Made by a program: the position numbers and the translations under genes. The notes beneath the pieces were generated by a model, which saw only the letters and a list, made by a program, of their open reading frames with translations, ran no database searches and had not been told where the DNA came from. Below are positions 1 through 12,893 of a stretch of DNA of 64,000 bases, piece after piece. Origin of the DNA: Moniliella sp. 'wahieum' (Eukaryota); assembly GCA_003971905.1 (NCBI GenBank), contig RSEE01000114.1, positions 62,001 through 126,000 on the forward strand, read 5' to 3'. The first letter of the stretch is position 1. Each line of letters opens with the position of its first letter.

Positions 1-599
1 ATGTGGGAGGGGGAGAATTGACTTGATGACACCCACTGGAGGAGCAGGGAGCCGCAAGACTGTACGGCCACTGCGTGCATTTCGTTTTCCTCAATTGGCA
101 CTCACTCAATACGGCGAAGAGACATATGATCAGTGGATGTCATATAGGACACGTGAATGTGATCCAACCTACAAGAATGACTTCGATTGCGAAGCAGACG
201 GAGGAGTGGGGCGGTACAGGGGAGGGCTATATTAGGTGGGAAATACTACACGATGTCCGTGTCAGCAGAAAACGCAGGGCAAAAACTGACATTTTTGGGT
301 GCATGTTTGATATACTCTGCGTTCTTTTTCAATCAGCCTCTGCCCGGCCTGAGCAGTCAATGCAACACATTTTGTCGTGGAGTGAAGAGCTCCGAGGTCG
401 GACCCGCCCCTGTAATTTAGGGGAATAACCCTTTGGACGGTCAATCACTCGGAACCACGCACGGCATTTTGGCCTCAGATCCTGGTCGACCTCACCGGGT
501 GTGGAGGCGAGGGAGAGACTCTTTGCTTAGGATGGCTGCCTTCGGTACTCCTAGGCAACGTGGGTTACTGTTCGTTACCACCCTCAACGTCATGGTAAG

Positions 600-1045
600 G
601 GAAATCATCCGAAGTCCTACCTGAAGATAGCAAGCGCTATACTTGGAGTAACCGCGGCTTCCAGGGTAACTGAGGACGTGAATCGTAAATTCGTAAGCGT
701 AAGGGTGAAGGAGTCAAGGGAGAACTTCGCACTTGTGTCTCCTTCTCACCCATGTCCCTGGTCCTACATAGTATGAGATGCTGCGCACTGCCCAAGATCT
801 GGACTACGCCAGGGAAGAACCAAAGTGTACCCTACCTTTGTCGAAGCCGCGCGCGCCTACCATTTGCTCCATGACGACCGTGTGATTTCTTCGTCAAAGA
901 TTCTCTTGGCCAGTACGGAGGTCCTATAGCCGTCCGCACCGCCATTGTCGCTATCATTATCAACGGCCTCATTATCACCAAGAAGTTACTCACCTCAGTC
1001 CGGAAGAAGTTCAAACAAAAGCAGCTGTCTTTGAGGACTTCTTTT
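600..1045 (+). mobile_element. Degraded Helitron Rep-helicase fragment
   Basis: Manual translation across frameshifts gives ENFAL..LLLTHVPGPT*YEMLRT...KVYPTFVEAARAYHLLHDD...VRTAIVAIIING...LS.EDF. This matches the conserved Helitron segment between Rep and PIF1 helicase (LRLLL.HV.GPTSFE.LRTV.G..Y.TF.EA....GLL.DD...LSED). In-frame TAG at 769-771. No termini found. Confidence 0.75.
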
Positions 1046-1068
1046 ACCAACTGAGATGCCAATTCCCA

Positions 1069-1122
1069 GACGAAGACGAAGACGAAGACGAAGACGAAGA
1101 CGAAGACGAAGACGAAGACGAA
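1069..1122. repeat. (GACGAA)9 microsatellite
   Basis: Nine perfect hexamer units, read directly. Confidence 0.95.
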
Positions 1123-2025
1123 GAGCCTCAGGTGGAGGAGGGTGAAAGGATCCTTTCCTCAGCAGACGCCACCTTCTCGCCTATTCAAAGGCACTCTAGT
1201 AGGAAGGCGACCAGAGTGAAAACCAGAGTGGGAAGAGAGGTTGACCGATAAGCGAAATAACAGGGGGTAAGCAACAGGTGGGCCGATAATAAGGACCAAC
1301 AGAGCTAATAGCAAGCCGTATAGTTGTAGACCGTCGGGCGGCTTATATACAGAAGAGTGTGATCGCCCCATAACAAAACATTTCCAGAGTGTTCACTTGC
1401 ACATCACCTTCCCGCACACTTCCTTGGCCTCTCTCGTTCCCTAAAAGTCTCCCAAAATGCGGAGGTTCATTATATCCACCACGAATCCGTCGAAGCCCCA
1501 GCATGGTTCCATATGTCCCGGGAGTCCTTATGCCTGTGACCATCTAGCCTCGCCGCGTTTCCTTCTCCTTTCCCCAACAAAATCAGGCCGGGTTTCATTT
1601 GAAACACGTGGGTTTCCAGAATGACGAGGGGATAAAGCTGGAGGCCTGAAGCTTGATGATCGACTCGCGCACTGTATGTGCCTCACGGTCACAATTTCGT
1701 ACATTTTTTTAGAAGAGCTCTCGATGCCGTTGGCAGTAGACATGCAGGAGAGAATGAGAAACGCGCCGCATACGGTTAAACGTATAGCTGTATGCCCACC
1801 GGCGTTTACGGCGGATCTTACTGGTTCGTCGTTCCTGCATCCTGAGGGCACAGAGCCGACATTAGTAGGCAAACCAAAACTAAAAACAGCTCACACACCG
1901 AAGTGGAAATGGAAAATTATATCATGAGAGTTCTTCTTCTCAGCGTACTACCTCGGTCGTCTCTCTGTGTGCCCACGGCCGTCCCAGACACTGCTCCCCC
2001 AAACGCAGGAGATAATCACAGAAGC

Positions 2026-2460
2026 GCATGATGCATGATGCACCATGCTGGCGTTGGACGAGGGGCGTTGGACACGGGACGTTGGAAGGGGTTTTGGACG
2101 TTGCGTTTTCGTGTGGACGTTGAATACGTTGAATGTTATTTTGAGAACGCGGCAAGTCGGAACGTGGGCATATGTGACACCATCTTGGTGGAAATCATGT
2201 TTGGGAGTGTGCAGACAAGAGAGAAAGGCGTCTATAATACTGCGAATGATAATCGACATTGTCGATAACGCAAATGATGCGCTCGCGTGTGTGTGATGGT
2301 TGCCATGGCAGTAGAGTGTTGTGGCCACTTGAGTTACTAATAATACTAGTAAAGCGAGTGACTAGTGCTAGTGACATGTGACATGTGACAATAATAGTAG
2401 CAGCCCTGGTCACCGGTCACGCGTCACGCGGTCACGAGGGTCACCTCCGGCGGTCACCCG
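2026..2460. repeat. Cluster of 7-bp-period quasi-palindromic words
   Basis: TGATGCA repeats (about 2026-2042), TTGGACG repeats (2052-2120), TGACTAG/TGACATG (2359-2390), TCACCGG/TCACGCG (2408-2460). Confidence 0.7.
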
Positions 2461-5400
2461 GCCACAGATTGTATAATTGCAAGCCTCTCCTTTTGTCCTT
2501 TTGTCATTATGCGTATGGGGAGACTATCACTTACAGGAGTAGTTGCCTTCACTCTGTTCTCAGCAAACTCCCTCATTGCTCACACTACTCTCAGTGCCTC
2601 AGGCCTCAGAGAAGCGCATGAGCCGTTGAACCTCTCAATCTATAACCACTTTTTGCTTTTGATACAGTCGATCAGACGCAGGTAAAGGCGGGTTGCCCAA
2701 AAGCTGTACCTGAATCATTAAGATCATTCTCGTATAGAGGTAATCCTTCCACAACAGCAAAACCTTTTCGTCAAAAAAGCATATACTCCTTTCCTGCTTC
2801 CGACTCCCGTGCTTTCTGCTACTCACAATAAAACGGAACGGCGTGCTACCCCGCACTGCATATGATGGAATGTTAATCTCTGAGATGTTGCACGCTGGAG
2901 CGGAGGTCTCTGTTGACGATGAAACGGTCGACGGCGTGGACGACCGGGAAAGAGACCTACTGTTGTGGAACGATGGACCAAGGGGGTGAGGGGCATATGG
3001 ATGAACTGTGGCCGTGTTGGGGGAAAACATGGCCGTAGGGGGTCGCCACCAACAAGGGGGAAGGCCATGGGTCGAAGCCCCAGACCTTCAATACAGACGC
3101 ACGATAAAAACATCAGGTACGCAGATCGGGCCGTAGTAGGCCCGGTGGTCCTCTCGTTACGCGTGTTAGGTTTCTTACTAATAGCCGTTGAGATGCATCC
3201 TCACAAAAAGTACAAATTAAACCTGTGAAGCTTGGCGTCGCTATGCGGTGCGCATTGCGAACGATGAAGAGACTCGTCGAGTGTAGCCCCCACATATACA
3301 GGTACATGGCTGCCAAGCCTGCAAAGCGCATGGACACATGGGATCCTCCTCCTTGCCAAGGCGATTACGTTCCGTCTCGCCATTTCGTTCCTCTTCCGCG
3401 CGCCATCATTTTTATTGCATCATCGATATATCATCTCAAGGATGATCGACCACCTCGATCATTGATCATTGATCATCGATCATCTCTCTTGACCATATGG
3501 CTTTTGTGTTCTCTCTCTCAGATCTTAGCACACTTCGTATACTTCGTCCTGTTCCTGTGGTGCCTGACACTTCCCATGGTCGTGATTAAGAAAAAATACC
3601 GTTTGTGGGGTAATATACGACAGTGCCAGTGACCCGCGTGACCACGGTTGTCATATGAGACAGAAGAGGTGTTACATGTTACACCATATAGGTGTGCCAC
3701 AATAATACGCGGCTCCAGAGTGCCCCGAGCTCTCAATCGCGCGGCCTCGAAAGCTGCACTGTGTCGTTCATCTCCATTCTGCATGTATTTTCCGGCATAC
3801 CCCCAGTGTAGCGGCGTTGTCCAGGAGAGTGTTTTCCGCAGAGAATGGCTGCCTCTCTTCTGCGAGTGGCATTTTTGCCAGCGAGAGAGATATAGTAATG
3901 TTGTTGTAGTACAGAGTGCATGTGTGTACTATCACAGCAAAATAATTTCATCTGTGTGCGATATAGTTTTCGTGCCTGAGCCATTAAGCTAGCCGCACGC
4001 CCCAATATAGTTTCCATGCATTAAAATGCTTGAATAGCTTGAGCTTGAGATGTGTGGCAACATCAAAACAGTAATGGCGTGTAACATGTGACAGTTACAG
4101 AGAACTCAGAGGTGGAGAGCCTATGGTGTGGTCGACTGTGTTTCCATCGTCTCGGCATATCTTCTTTCTGGCAAATAACACAGGTTTTATGTGTATGGCA
4201 GGTTTTACTCCTGGAGCACTCTTATTATTGAGACGGAAGCATTCCTAATCGGGAGGGAGATTGCTGTGGTAAAGGGGACGGCGCATGGATGATAGATGTG
4301 ATAGATGTCGATGATGAGAGATATGGTGCTGTCACATAGGCCACACATCACTGATATCAGTCGAACGGGGTTTCTCGCTACAACAGCCCATCCTTACTCG
4401 TTAATGAGATCTGCCAGATAAAAATAAGCCGCCATACCACGTGAAGACAGCGAACAGGTTTCTCAGTGTGCACAGTACTGTTGATGGTGTTGTAATGAGT
4501 CCAAATATGTATAGCACTCATACCTCTCGCCTCGCCCCCGTCCCGCCCCGGTGAACGTGCTACGTGCCTCAGGCCCAGTCAGGCGCCAGGGTCTCACAGG
4601 CGTAAAAAACCACCTCAACATTCATCATCGACGGCTGTCCTTACTGTCCAAATCCAACCCTGCCGAAATCGTGTTGCAGCGCCCAGTCCCACCTCGTAAA
4701 CTCTATATACGCTATCGCGTTAAACCCACGCGTATAGTTGACGTAGTGTTGGGATTTCCCAACATGCCGGCCACGTTGAAGGAGCGCTGAGCCGAGAGAG
4801 AGAGTATAGAGACTCCACTGGGAAACGCCACCTCTTTCGTTCTCGATCCATAGGAACCGGTGCATGGAATCTTTAACCCCTTGAAGTGGTTTTGGGACAC
4901 ATCGTTTCTGTCTTCTCCATTTTGTGTGGGTGCCACGCACGAGTTCGCTATAGCCGCGTGTGGTGTAGTCCTCGTATATCCAGCTAGGAGCGTAGCGTCT
5001 CAGCGCTGATTATGTATAACCGCTCATAGGGGTAGCCTGTAACATGTAACATGTTGCATGAACACAGAGGAGACGCGCCGACGCCACGGACCGTGCTGAC
5101 GGTTATTTTTGGGGTTAAATGATTTCTTACGGGAGGGTTGCAGGATAACATGTAACACTGACTAGTACGAGTATAGACAGTGCAGACCGTTGTGCTGTTG
5201 GTACATAGTATTTGTTCGACTGTCGAACGTTGACCATCATAAGGTAACGCACAACAGCATGCGGGGTCGTTTTATCATCTAAAAGGCCAAGCCGGCTTGA
5301 ACGGCTGTCGACAGCCCACTCTGCCTACCCCCCTCAGGTCAGAGACATTATGCACGTGTATACAGAAGGTGGCAACAGTAGGGGTTAAATACCATGGCCG

Positions 5401-6428
5401 TGGTGCCGGTTGATCACGTGATCGGTACGTTGATCCTAAAATGCATAACGTGCTTATTAACGCGTAACATGTAACACGTCAATAAACTTCTTCTCTTCGG
5501 CTCATCGCGTTCTTTGAGGGTTGTCGAGTTACTAGTTATCTAGTTATCGAAGTTATCTCGATCCCGTATCGATGATGTATCATCGGTCCTCGACTGGACC
5601 ATTAATCGGTATCTGGTAACCGGCAACTCTTGATTACCGTCTCTGCACAACGCGCTGAGGCTCAGCGCTCAGCCGATCGATGATGGGTGGTCGGCATCTC
5701 GTCTGTAAAATCGCCGAGAACACGGCGGAACGAAACAGATTGTTCCTAGCTGTGTGAGTGAGACACGTACTCGGCTGGGCGCTCACCCATCCTGGCTCCG
5801 CTCGATAGGGTGACAGCGAGTATCCGTGTGGTCTCCATATGATATGCTGATGGGGCGTCTGGCCCACCATGGACCAGCCCGGGTAAATGTACGTTGCACG
5901 TATACTTCCACCCTAGATCGTACATATCACATGTCACAATGGATGCTACAGGGAGAGAGCTGTCGATTCCCACACAGGCGTCTACAGACACCGAAGCACG
6001 GTATGCTATCGAGTGCTCGCGCAACTCATCAACAGTAGTGCATGTGGAGAGAAGTGACAGTAACTCTGCACATGCACTAGTAACTTAGTAAATAGTAACC
6101 GCCGGGTTCTAGATTGTGGACTCGGCGGCCCATGTTCGCACATGGTCCACATGAACGTCACGTTGAGAGCGTGATGGGAGCTTGAAGGAGGAATATACTA
6201 CATACGCATCAGTGGCTGATCCAATACAGACAATCACCAGCCTCTTGTGGCGCTTGTGGTGGTGTATACTATGTTGGGTAACGTTGAAGCTGGACACGAC
6301 TCTCAGTTGCCGGGGCAAAGCGTGAATTTCCAATTGTATATAATTCAACCGTATCTGCGTCGTTTGGCCTCGGCTAGGTAACAACAGCAACCGCTCCGCT
6401 CTCCCGCACCTTCCCTTTCTTTCCTACC

Positions 6429-9130
6429 ATGGCCTCGCCCTACGAGAAGGACGATGCCAAGGACGCCATTGACGGCCGGCGGTGCCTGACCTCGCCTCGC
6501 AGCCTCAATACGTGCTTGATCATGAGGCTGCGTTTGGCAACATTGAGGACAACATTCGCCACGAGATTACCGACCATCGTATCAACGACCCCAATCTCGA
6601 CCCCGCCTTGCTACGCGAGGCAGACCACGCCTTGACAAAGGGCGATGAGAAAGCTGAGCTTCGCCTTGAGGATGTAATTGAGGATGACTCGATCTATCCT
6701 GAGGTCCGCGCAGCTGTCAGCAACATCGATGACCCCAACATGAGGGCCAATACTTCCGCGCCTGGTCCATGGGTATGATTGCCTGCACCGTTCTCAGTGG
6801 TATCAACATGTACTTTGCCCCGCAGGTATGTCCTTTTTGCCCAACGATGCAAAAGCAGCAAAACTGACTTCCGTGGTAATGGTCAGTGGCCTACAGTTAC
6901 CTTCCCTTCGATTGCGGTCCAGCTGTTCGCATACCCGATTGGTGTCGCGATGTCTAAGATCCCTTACCCTCGCCACTGGCCTCTCGCGGAATGGATGAAC
7001 CCGGGACCGTTCAATATCAAGGAACACTCTATGATCTCCATCATGTCCACCGTTGGTGTCGGGTCTGCCTACTCGACGGACATTTTCATCACGCAGCACG
7101 CGTACTATCGCCAGCACCTTACCGCCGGCTACATGATCCTTCTCACTCTGTCGACACAACTGATCGGGTTCTCTTTTGCCGGTTTCTGTCGCCAAATTCT
7201 GGTCTGGCCCGCCTCAATGATCTGGCCTAGCAACCTGACCCAGACGGCTTTCCTGTATTCCATGCACGACGGCAAGAGCCAGGCTCGAAGCTTCCGTGGT
7301 TGGTCGCGTTTCAAGATGTTCTCGGTTGTGGCCTGTGTCATGTTTGTGTGGGAAGTCGTCCCCAACTACCTGTTCACTGGCCTGGCCACTTTCTCTTGGC
7401 CAGCTTGGTGTGCACCCAAGAACAAGGGTGTCAACCTCGTGTTTGGCGGCACTGGCGGCATTGGCTTCAACTTCATCTCGCTGGATTGGCTCACCATCAC
7501 CTCGGGGTTGGGCTCGCCGATTTATCAACCTTGGTTCGCCATTGTCAACACTTTCACTGGCTACCTGATCATTTTGCTTTGTGGCTCCAATCATGTGGGC
7601 GACCAACACCAAGTACACGGGTTACTTCACTTTCAGCAGTTCGGGCTTGTACGACCGCTTTGGCCAGTCCTACCAGGTGAGCTACGTGGTGAACGATCGC
7701 TTTGAGTTGGACCAGGCCATGTACGACTCTTACTCGAAAGAGTATCTGTCGGCCACCTTTATTATCAGCTACTGTGTTGGCTTTGGTGCCATTACTAGGT
7801 ACGTGCTATACGTCCTTTCGTTCCTGGTTGCGCCACGAAAATTTGCCACTGACCTTTATTATTGTTCTTGTGGCGCACATCAGCACGCTTGTCCACTGTG
7901 GTTTGTACTACTGGAAGGACATTATGCAGCAAGTCAAGCGTTCGCTCAACGAGGAACCTGACATTCACGCTCGTCTCATGTCGCGCTACGCCGAGGTTCC
8001 GTACTACTGGTACGGCCTCACTTTCCTCGTCTCGTTCGCTCTGGCTGTCCCATCCGTTTACGTGTACCACCGACCTCCCCATCTGGCTACTGATCATTGC
8101 CATCTTGATGAGCGCCGTCTACACCATCCCCATTGGAATCATTACTGCCGTGACCTCCAACGAAGTGGGTCTCAACGTGATCGCTGAAATGATTGTGGGT
8201 TATGCTCTGCCAGGCAAGCCCGTGGCCATGATGATCTTCAAGACCTTTGGCTACATCTCCATGGCTCAGGCCGTCTCCTTTGTCAGTGACCTGAAATTGG
8301 GTCATTACATGAAAGTGCCTCCCCGTGACATGTTCTGGGCTCAGATGGTCTCCACCTTCTGGGCATGTCTCGTGCAAGTCGCCGTCACTGCCTTCCTCTT
8401 TGGCTCGACCCGCAACTTGTGCAAGGCCAACCCGGATGAGAAAGTTAGCCCTGCGCACTTTACCTGCGCTACTCAACACACCTTCTACTCTGGTACGTTT
8501 CTCTCTTTTTCAAACCTACCACATCTAAGAAAGTTGTTTCGCTGACCTTGACGAATCTGTTTGTTGTTCACAGCGAGTATCATTTGGGGTCTCATTGGCC
8601 CTGCCCGCACGTTTGCCGTGGGTGAGACATACGGTGCGTTGAACATCATGTTCTTGATTGGTGCTTTGATCCCAATCCCGACATGGCTGCTGGCCAAGAA
8701 GTACCCCAACTCCTGGGTGCGCCTTATCAACTGGCCCGTCTTCTTCTCCGCGACGGGTATGATGCCGCCTGCGACGGGGATCAACTTCACCTCCTGGTTT
8801 GTTGTCGGCTGGTTCTTCCAGTACTACCTCCGTCGTCACTACTTTGACTTCTGGACCGACTACAACTACATTATCTCTTCCGGTCTCGATGCTGGTAGCG
8901 CCATCATTTCCTTCCTTATCTCGCTCTGCCTGGAGGTGCCCAACACGAACAAGCTTGCTGTGGACAATGTGTTCAACGGCGAAAACCTCTGGTGGGGCAA
9001 CAACGTTGAGAACACCAACTTGCAGGGCGCGTTGAGCTTGACCATGAAGGATATACCTGTCAATGGCTTTGCACCCGCGCCCAACGGCCAGTGGCTGCCC
9101 AACCCCTTTGCCTCGTCTTCGTCGAGTTAA
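6429..9130 (+). CDS. OPT-family oligopeptide transporter (Isp4/Opt-like); introns about 6826-6886, 7799-7883, 8493-8573; frameshifted
   Basis: DSIYPEVRAAVSNIDDP, NPGPFNIKEH, WPASMIWPSNL, DIHARLMSRYAEVP and SDLKLGHYMKVPPR are OPT-family signatures. Introns are GT..AG with CTGAC-type branch sites. Confidence 0.95.
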
Positions 9131-9891
9131 TTCCCTTCTGTTTCCCTGGCCCTTTTGGACCGTAGAGATCAGTATGCCACGTGGTCGTGCGCTACGAGTC
9201 CTGTCTTCCTCTCTTTTCACATCTGTTGATGAACCACGTGTTTATTGCCCTTTCTTATATCCAGTGCTATAGCGACGGACGGAGACTCGATAACAATACT
9301 AAGAGGACAACTCAGTATGAGGGGGATGGCTGGTCTGTTTCACTGTGAACATCTGAATGACATTCCTAGTACAGCAGACTTGAGTGGTATGATAGACCCG
9401 TGACGGTTCATTCGTAGTCAAGGCCCAGATTCTGTTGACAGCAGGAAACATGAGGTGACATGGTGGACACCACTGCACCGCGGCAATATATTTGGTGTGT
9501 GGGAGATATTTGCCTCTTTTGGCTCGGTGATGGAAGTGCAGCCGTCACACTGACGGTGCGAACGCTGGAAATAGGGGTGCGGGCAGTTCATCCTGATGGC
9601 CGGTCCTCCTGCATTCGACGTCCACATGTGGCATAGTGATCGACATGGATGTAGGGAATGACCCCCTCTACCCCCCCGCTCACACTTCCTCTCCACATCT
9701 CAATCCGAAACGCAGCATCACACCTCGTTTCCTGCTCAGCACGGACTTCGTTTAATTGTCCCAAAAGAGAGGCGAAGGTTGATCTCTTGTCTTCATTCGC
9801 ATGTCTTCTCGCCGCCAAACCACATGTTCTCTCCAGTACGAACTCAACTTCCTCTTCCATTGTAGACAGAGCAAATATACATGCCAATTGT

Positions 9892-10093
9892 TTAGTCCAC
9901 CTCGTTGACCTGGCTGCCGCGGGGGTCTCCTTGGCAGGCTCCTCCTCGTCCGAGTCTTCGGCGCCATCACCCAGGTCAGGCATGCCCTCGGCTCCACCAT
10001 GTTCTTGAGCAGCTCTTGGATGTCCATCCCGCCAAGACCTTGGTCGCCACCGCCCATGCACCATGCCACCAAGCCACCCATGCACCCATGCCA

Positions 10094-10127
<34 letters not shown>

Positions 10128-10642
10128 ACCCATGCCACCATCATGGAGGCCATGTCCACTATCAAGTCGAGTCAGTATATCATCCACAGCAAAAAGGGGC
10201 GAGTAACGTACTGCCAGGGGGCATGCCCGCAGTCGGGTCCTCCTGCTCCTCGTCCTGCTCATCTTCGTCGACCCACTTGTCAAAGTCGGTCTTTACGTTG
10301 TGCAAACGGACCTTGTCCTTGGTCAGGCGCGGCCAGAATTCTTCCTTAGCCTCCTTCTTGCGGAGCACAACAAACAAGCTCTTGGCACTGAGGTGCACCT
10401 TGCTCGCCTCCACGTCGACAGGGGAAAAGAAGGAGAGGGAGAAGGCGTAGTGCTTCTCCTCTACACCTTGCCCCGCAGGCACGTCGGCCTTGAACTCAAA
10501 TCCTTCGGGGGTCAGGGCGAAGGTGGTGCCTGCCTGGAAGGGTGGCAGGTTGGGTGCGTTGATCGTCAGGTACCACGTTCTTCTCCGCCTCATCGGCCGA
10601 CGAGCGCTGGGCCCACAGAATCTCAGGAGCGACGGTGGCCAT
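9892..10642 (-). CDS. SBA1: Hsp90 co-chaperone p23 (Sba1/Wos2); intron 10159-10211
   Basis: MATVAPEILWAQRSS...YLTINAP...EEFWPRLTKDKVRLHNVKTDFDKWVDEDEQ, then a Gly-Met-rich acidic tail. Stop inferred across a frameshift (..VNEVD*). Confidence 0.92.
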
Positions 10643-11459
10643 TGTCGGGGACGCGGTCTGGATAGGGGGAGGAAAGGTGGTGGCAAGATGCTGTGAACAA
10701 GCGGGTGGCGGCAGGGGGGGTAGTACGCAGCGCACTAGAAGAACACGTTGGCCGGGGCCGGGGCGTCGCAGCAGTAACACTGCCCCTGTGCCGAAGGAAG
10801 CACCCAGAACCCCGTCGTTTTGAAACGAACAGGCCCGCACGTGGCCGAGGGTGGGGGAACCTATTCGGTGAGTCCTAGGGTTGGGCGTCGAGTGTATTCT
10901 ATTGGGTGCTACTTGCTCCTGCCCCGTATCCCCCGAAGATTCGTTCACATCCCTACCATCATTGGGCCGATCCGAGCGCGCATGCTCGTAGACATGCAGC
11001 CTGAAGGATCACCTGAGGCCTGAGGTATCCATGGCGGGCAGAGCCAGGCGTGGGTTGAACGTTGAACACTGGGCAGAGAATCCGAAGCGCACCGAAAATG
11101 GGACTACGTATTTTTAAACACAAAAAATGGGGTTCCACGCTGTTGGTAAGGCAGCAAACCAGCGCGAAGTAACAGGAACACTGTATCCACTTTCAAGTCG
11201 CAAAGAGTGACAAGAAGCGCTGATAGTCGCGTACGAAATCAATGCGTACACACAGCGGCTCTTGCAGCATAGTAATTGGCGGCTTCCTCTCCACTGTATC
11301 CATCGGGCCTATTACGAGCGTACAGTATCTGGACCTCTCAGAAGTCTCACAGAAACAAGAGATCAGCGGAAAGAGTTGGCTGATTCTAGTGCCTAGGTCC
11401 CATAGCGCCCAGTCAGTGGCCATTCACCTACTACTTGACAAGACGCAAAGGGTATGTGT

Positions 11460-12020
11460 TCATTTCTGGATCTCGTGGTCTGCCAGCAACTGGAAAAAAC
11501 AAAAAGTCAGCATGCCCCCTCTTGTCTCGAGCAAGCATACACGTACCATATTGGGGATTCCATTCATGACGCGGAACACGTGCCCACAATTGGCGCATAC
11601 CATCTCACCCTCGATGATCTGCATCTCCATCAGTACATGATGGAGTGCCTTGAGAGTGGGGGCGCCCTCGATCCGAGACGCATCCATCGCCTCAGCCCAT
11701 AGTTCGTCCTCCTCGGCATCGGGGCTGGAAGCAACAAGCTGCTCGTGGATTTGTTTCTGGAGTGCAGCCGTGTCGGCCTCCTTTTCCAGCTCCTCGTCGC
11801 CAGGGGACTGAGCTGGCAGACTCTCGTCACCAAGGGCGCGGGCGGCGCCAACGAGGGCAGGCCAGTCGAGTTTGGGCACGAGACCGCGGAGGAAAGCAGC
11901 GTTGAGCGGGGCCTCCTGCACCTCGAGCTTGATGTTCTGCAGGCCGAGAGGGAAGTTGGCGGAGGTGTTGACGCAGCCACGTGCCTGGCAGGCCAGGAGG
12001 TTGTGTGTGAGCAGCCGCAT
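11460..12020 (-). CDS. TRM112: Methyltransferase activator subunit Trm112; intron 11490-11546
   Basis: MRLLTHNLLAC...NFPL...LHHVLME..IIEGEMVCANCGHVF.VMNGIPNM|LLADHEI. Confidence 0.95.
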   Translation of the reverse strand: MRLLTHNLLACQARGCVNTSANFPLGLQNIKLEVQEAPLNAAFLRGLVPKLDWPALVGAARALGDESLPAQSPGDEELEKEADTAALQKQIHEQLVASSPDAEEDELWAEAMDASRIEGAPTLKALHHVLMEMQIIEGEMVCANCGHVFRVMNGIPNMVRVCLLETRGGMLTFCFFQLLADHEIQK

Positions 12021-12893
12021 GGCTCCAGGTGGTAGGGGGTGGCGAGTGCGAGTGCGGGGGAGGGAGGCTGGGGAAAAGAAAAATGCAGACCGAGCGGAAT
12101 GCAGGAGGGATGGGCAGTGATTATGATTCCGCCTGCGTGTGGCGACTCAATTTCAAACACGAGGCCCCGGCGCGTCTTGCGGTTGGGAGGCAGTTTGCGG
12201 CGGGGCAGCCCGCCTCCATTCCGTCGGTTGGACTGTGGCAGTGGGCACACGCCAGCACCGCCAGCCGCGCGTCGGGAGTGCTGTCCTGCAGAGCACCGCC
12301 TGCTGGACACGACAGAAGTGCCGCGGCAGAAAAACAATTGCCATCATGACAACGAAGAGGGCGCACCGTGCGATACACATGTCATCCACAGTAGGCCCTC
12401 TCCTGGCGAATGCGGAAGGAGGCTGGGGGCTGGAGGCCATAGCGTGGGGCAGAGGTAGACTGCTGCGGTGCCGGCGGTTCCGCCTTGCTTTCTTGCCGTG
12501 CCTTCGTTCCAGCACGTAGCCCACGCGCGCTGAGCGAGAGGGATGGCTTGCGCAAGAACGCGCTTCGAGGGAGGGCGGCTCGCCACCGCATCACGTGATG
12601 GTTGGAACGCCGCCACTCGGGCGGGTGGTCGTGGTGGAGGCGCGTGCTAGGGTTGGCGTCCTGGCTCAGGGACAGTGCAGCGCATTTGCCCGTGCCCGTC
12701 GGCGCTCGCCTGGGCTCAGGCCGCAGTCACGAACCAGGCGAGCTGTTGGGTGGGTCGTTGCCGCCACCACCACCACCACCACTCCTCCTCCTCCTCCCTC
12801 TCCCCGCCTCCACCGCCGCCACCACTACCACCACCACCGCTGCCCTCCCTCCCCCCCCCCCCTCCACCGCCACAGCCCTTCTCCCGCGCCACG

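Noticed and set aside
23..235. Possible last exon of an upstream gene (..PQLALTQYGEETYDQW..)
   Set aside because: At the window edge, no recognisable family; cannot be supported.
411..768. Possible solo LTR (TGTAA...CTACA)
   Set aside because: No TSD, and the 3' part is Helitron coding sequence.
6085..6091. Yap1-type site TTAGTAA upstream of OPT (also TTACTAA at 2334)
   Set aside because: Single 7-mers inside palindrome-rich patches; none seen upstream of GSH1.
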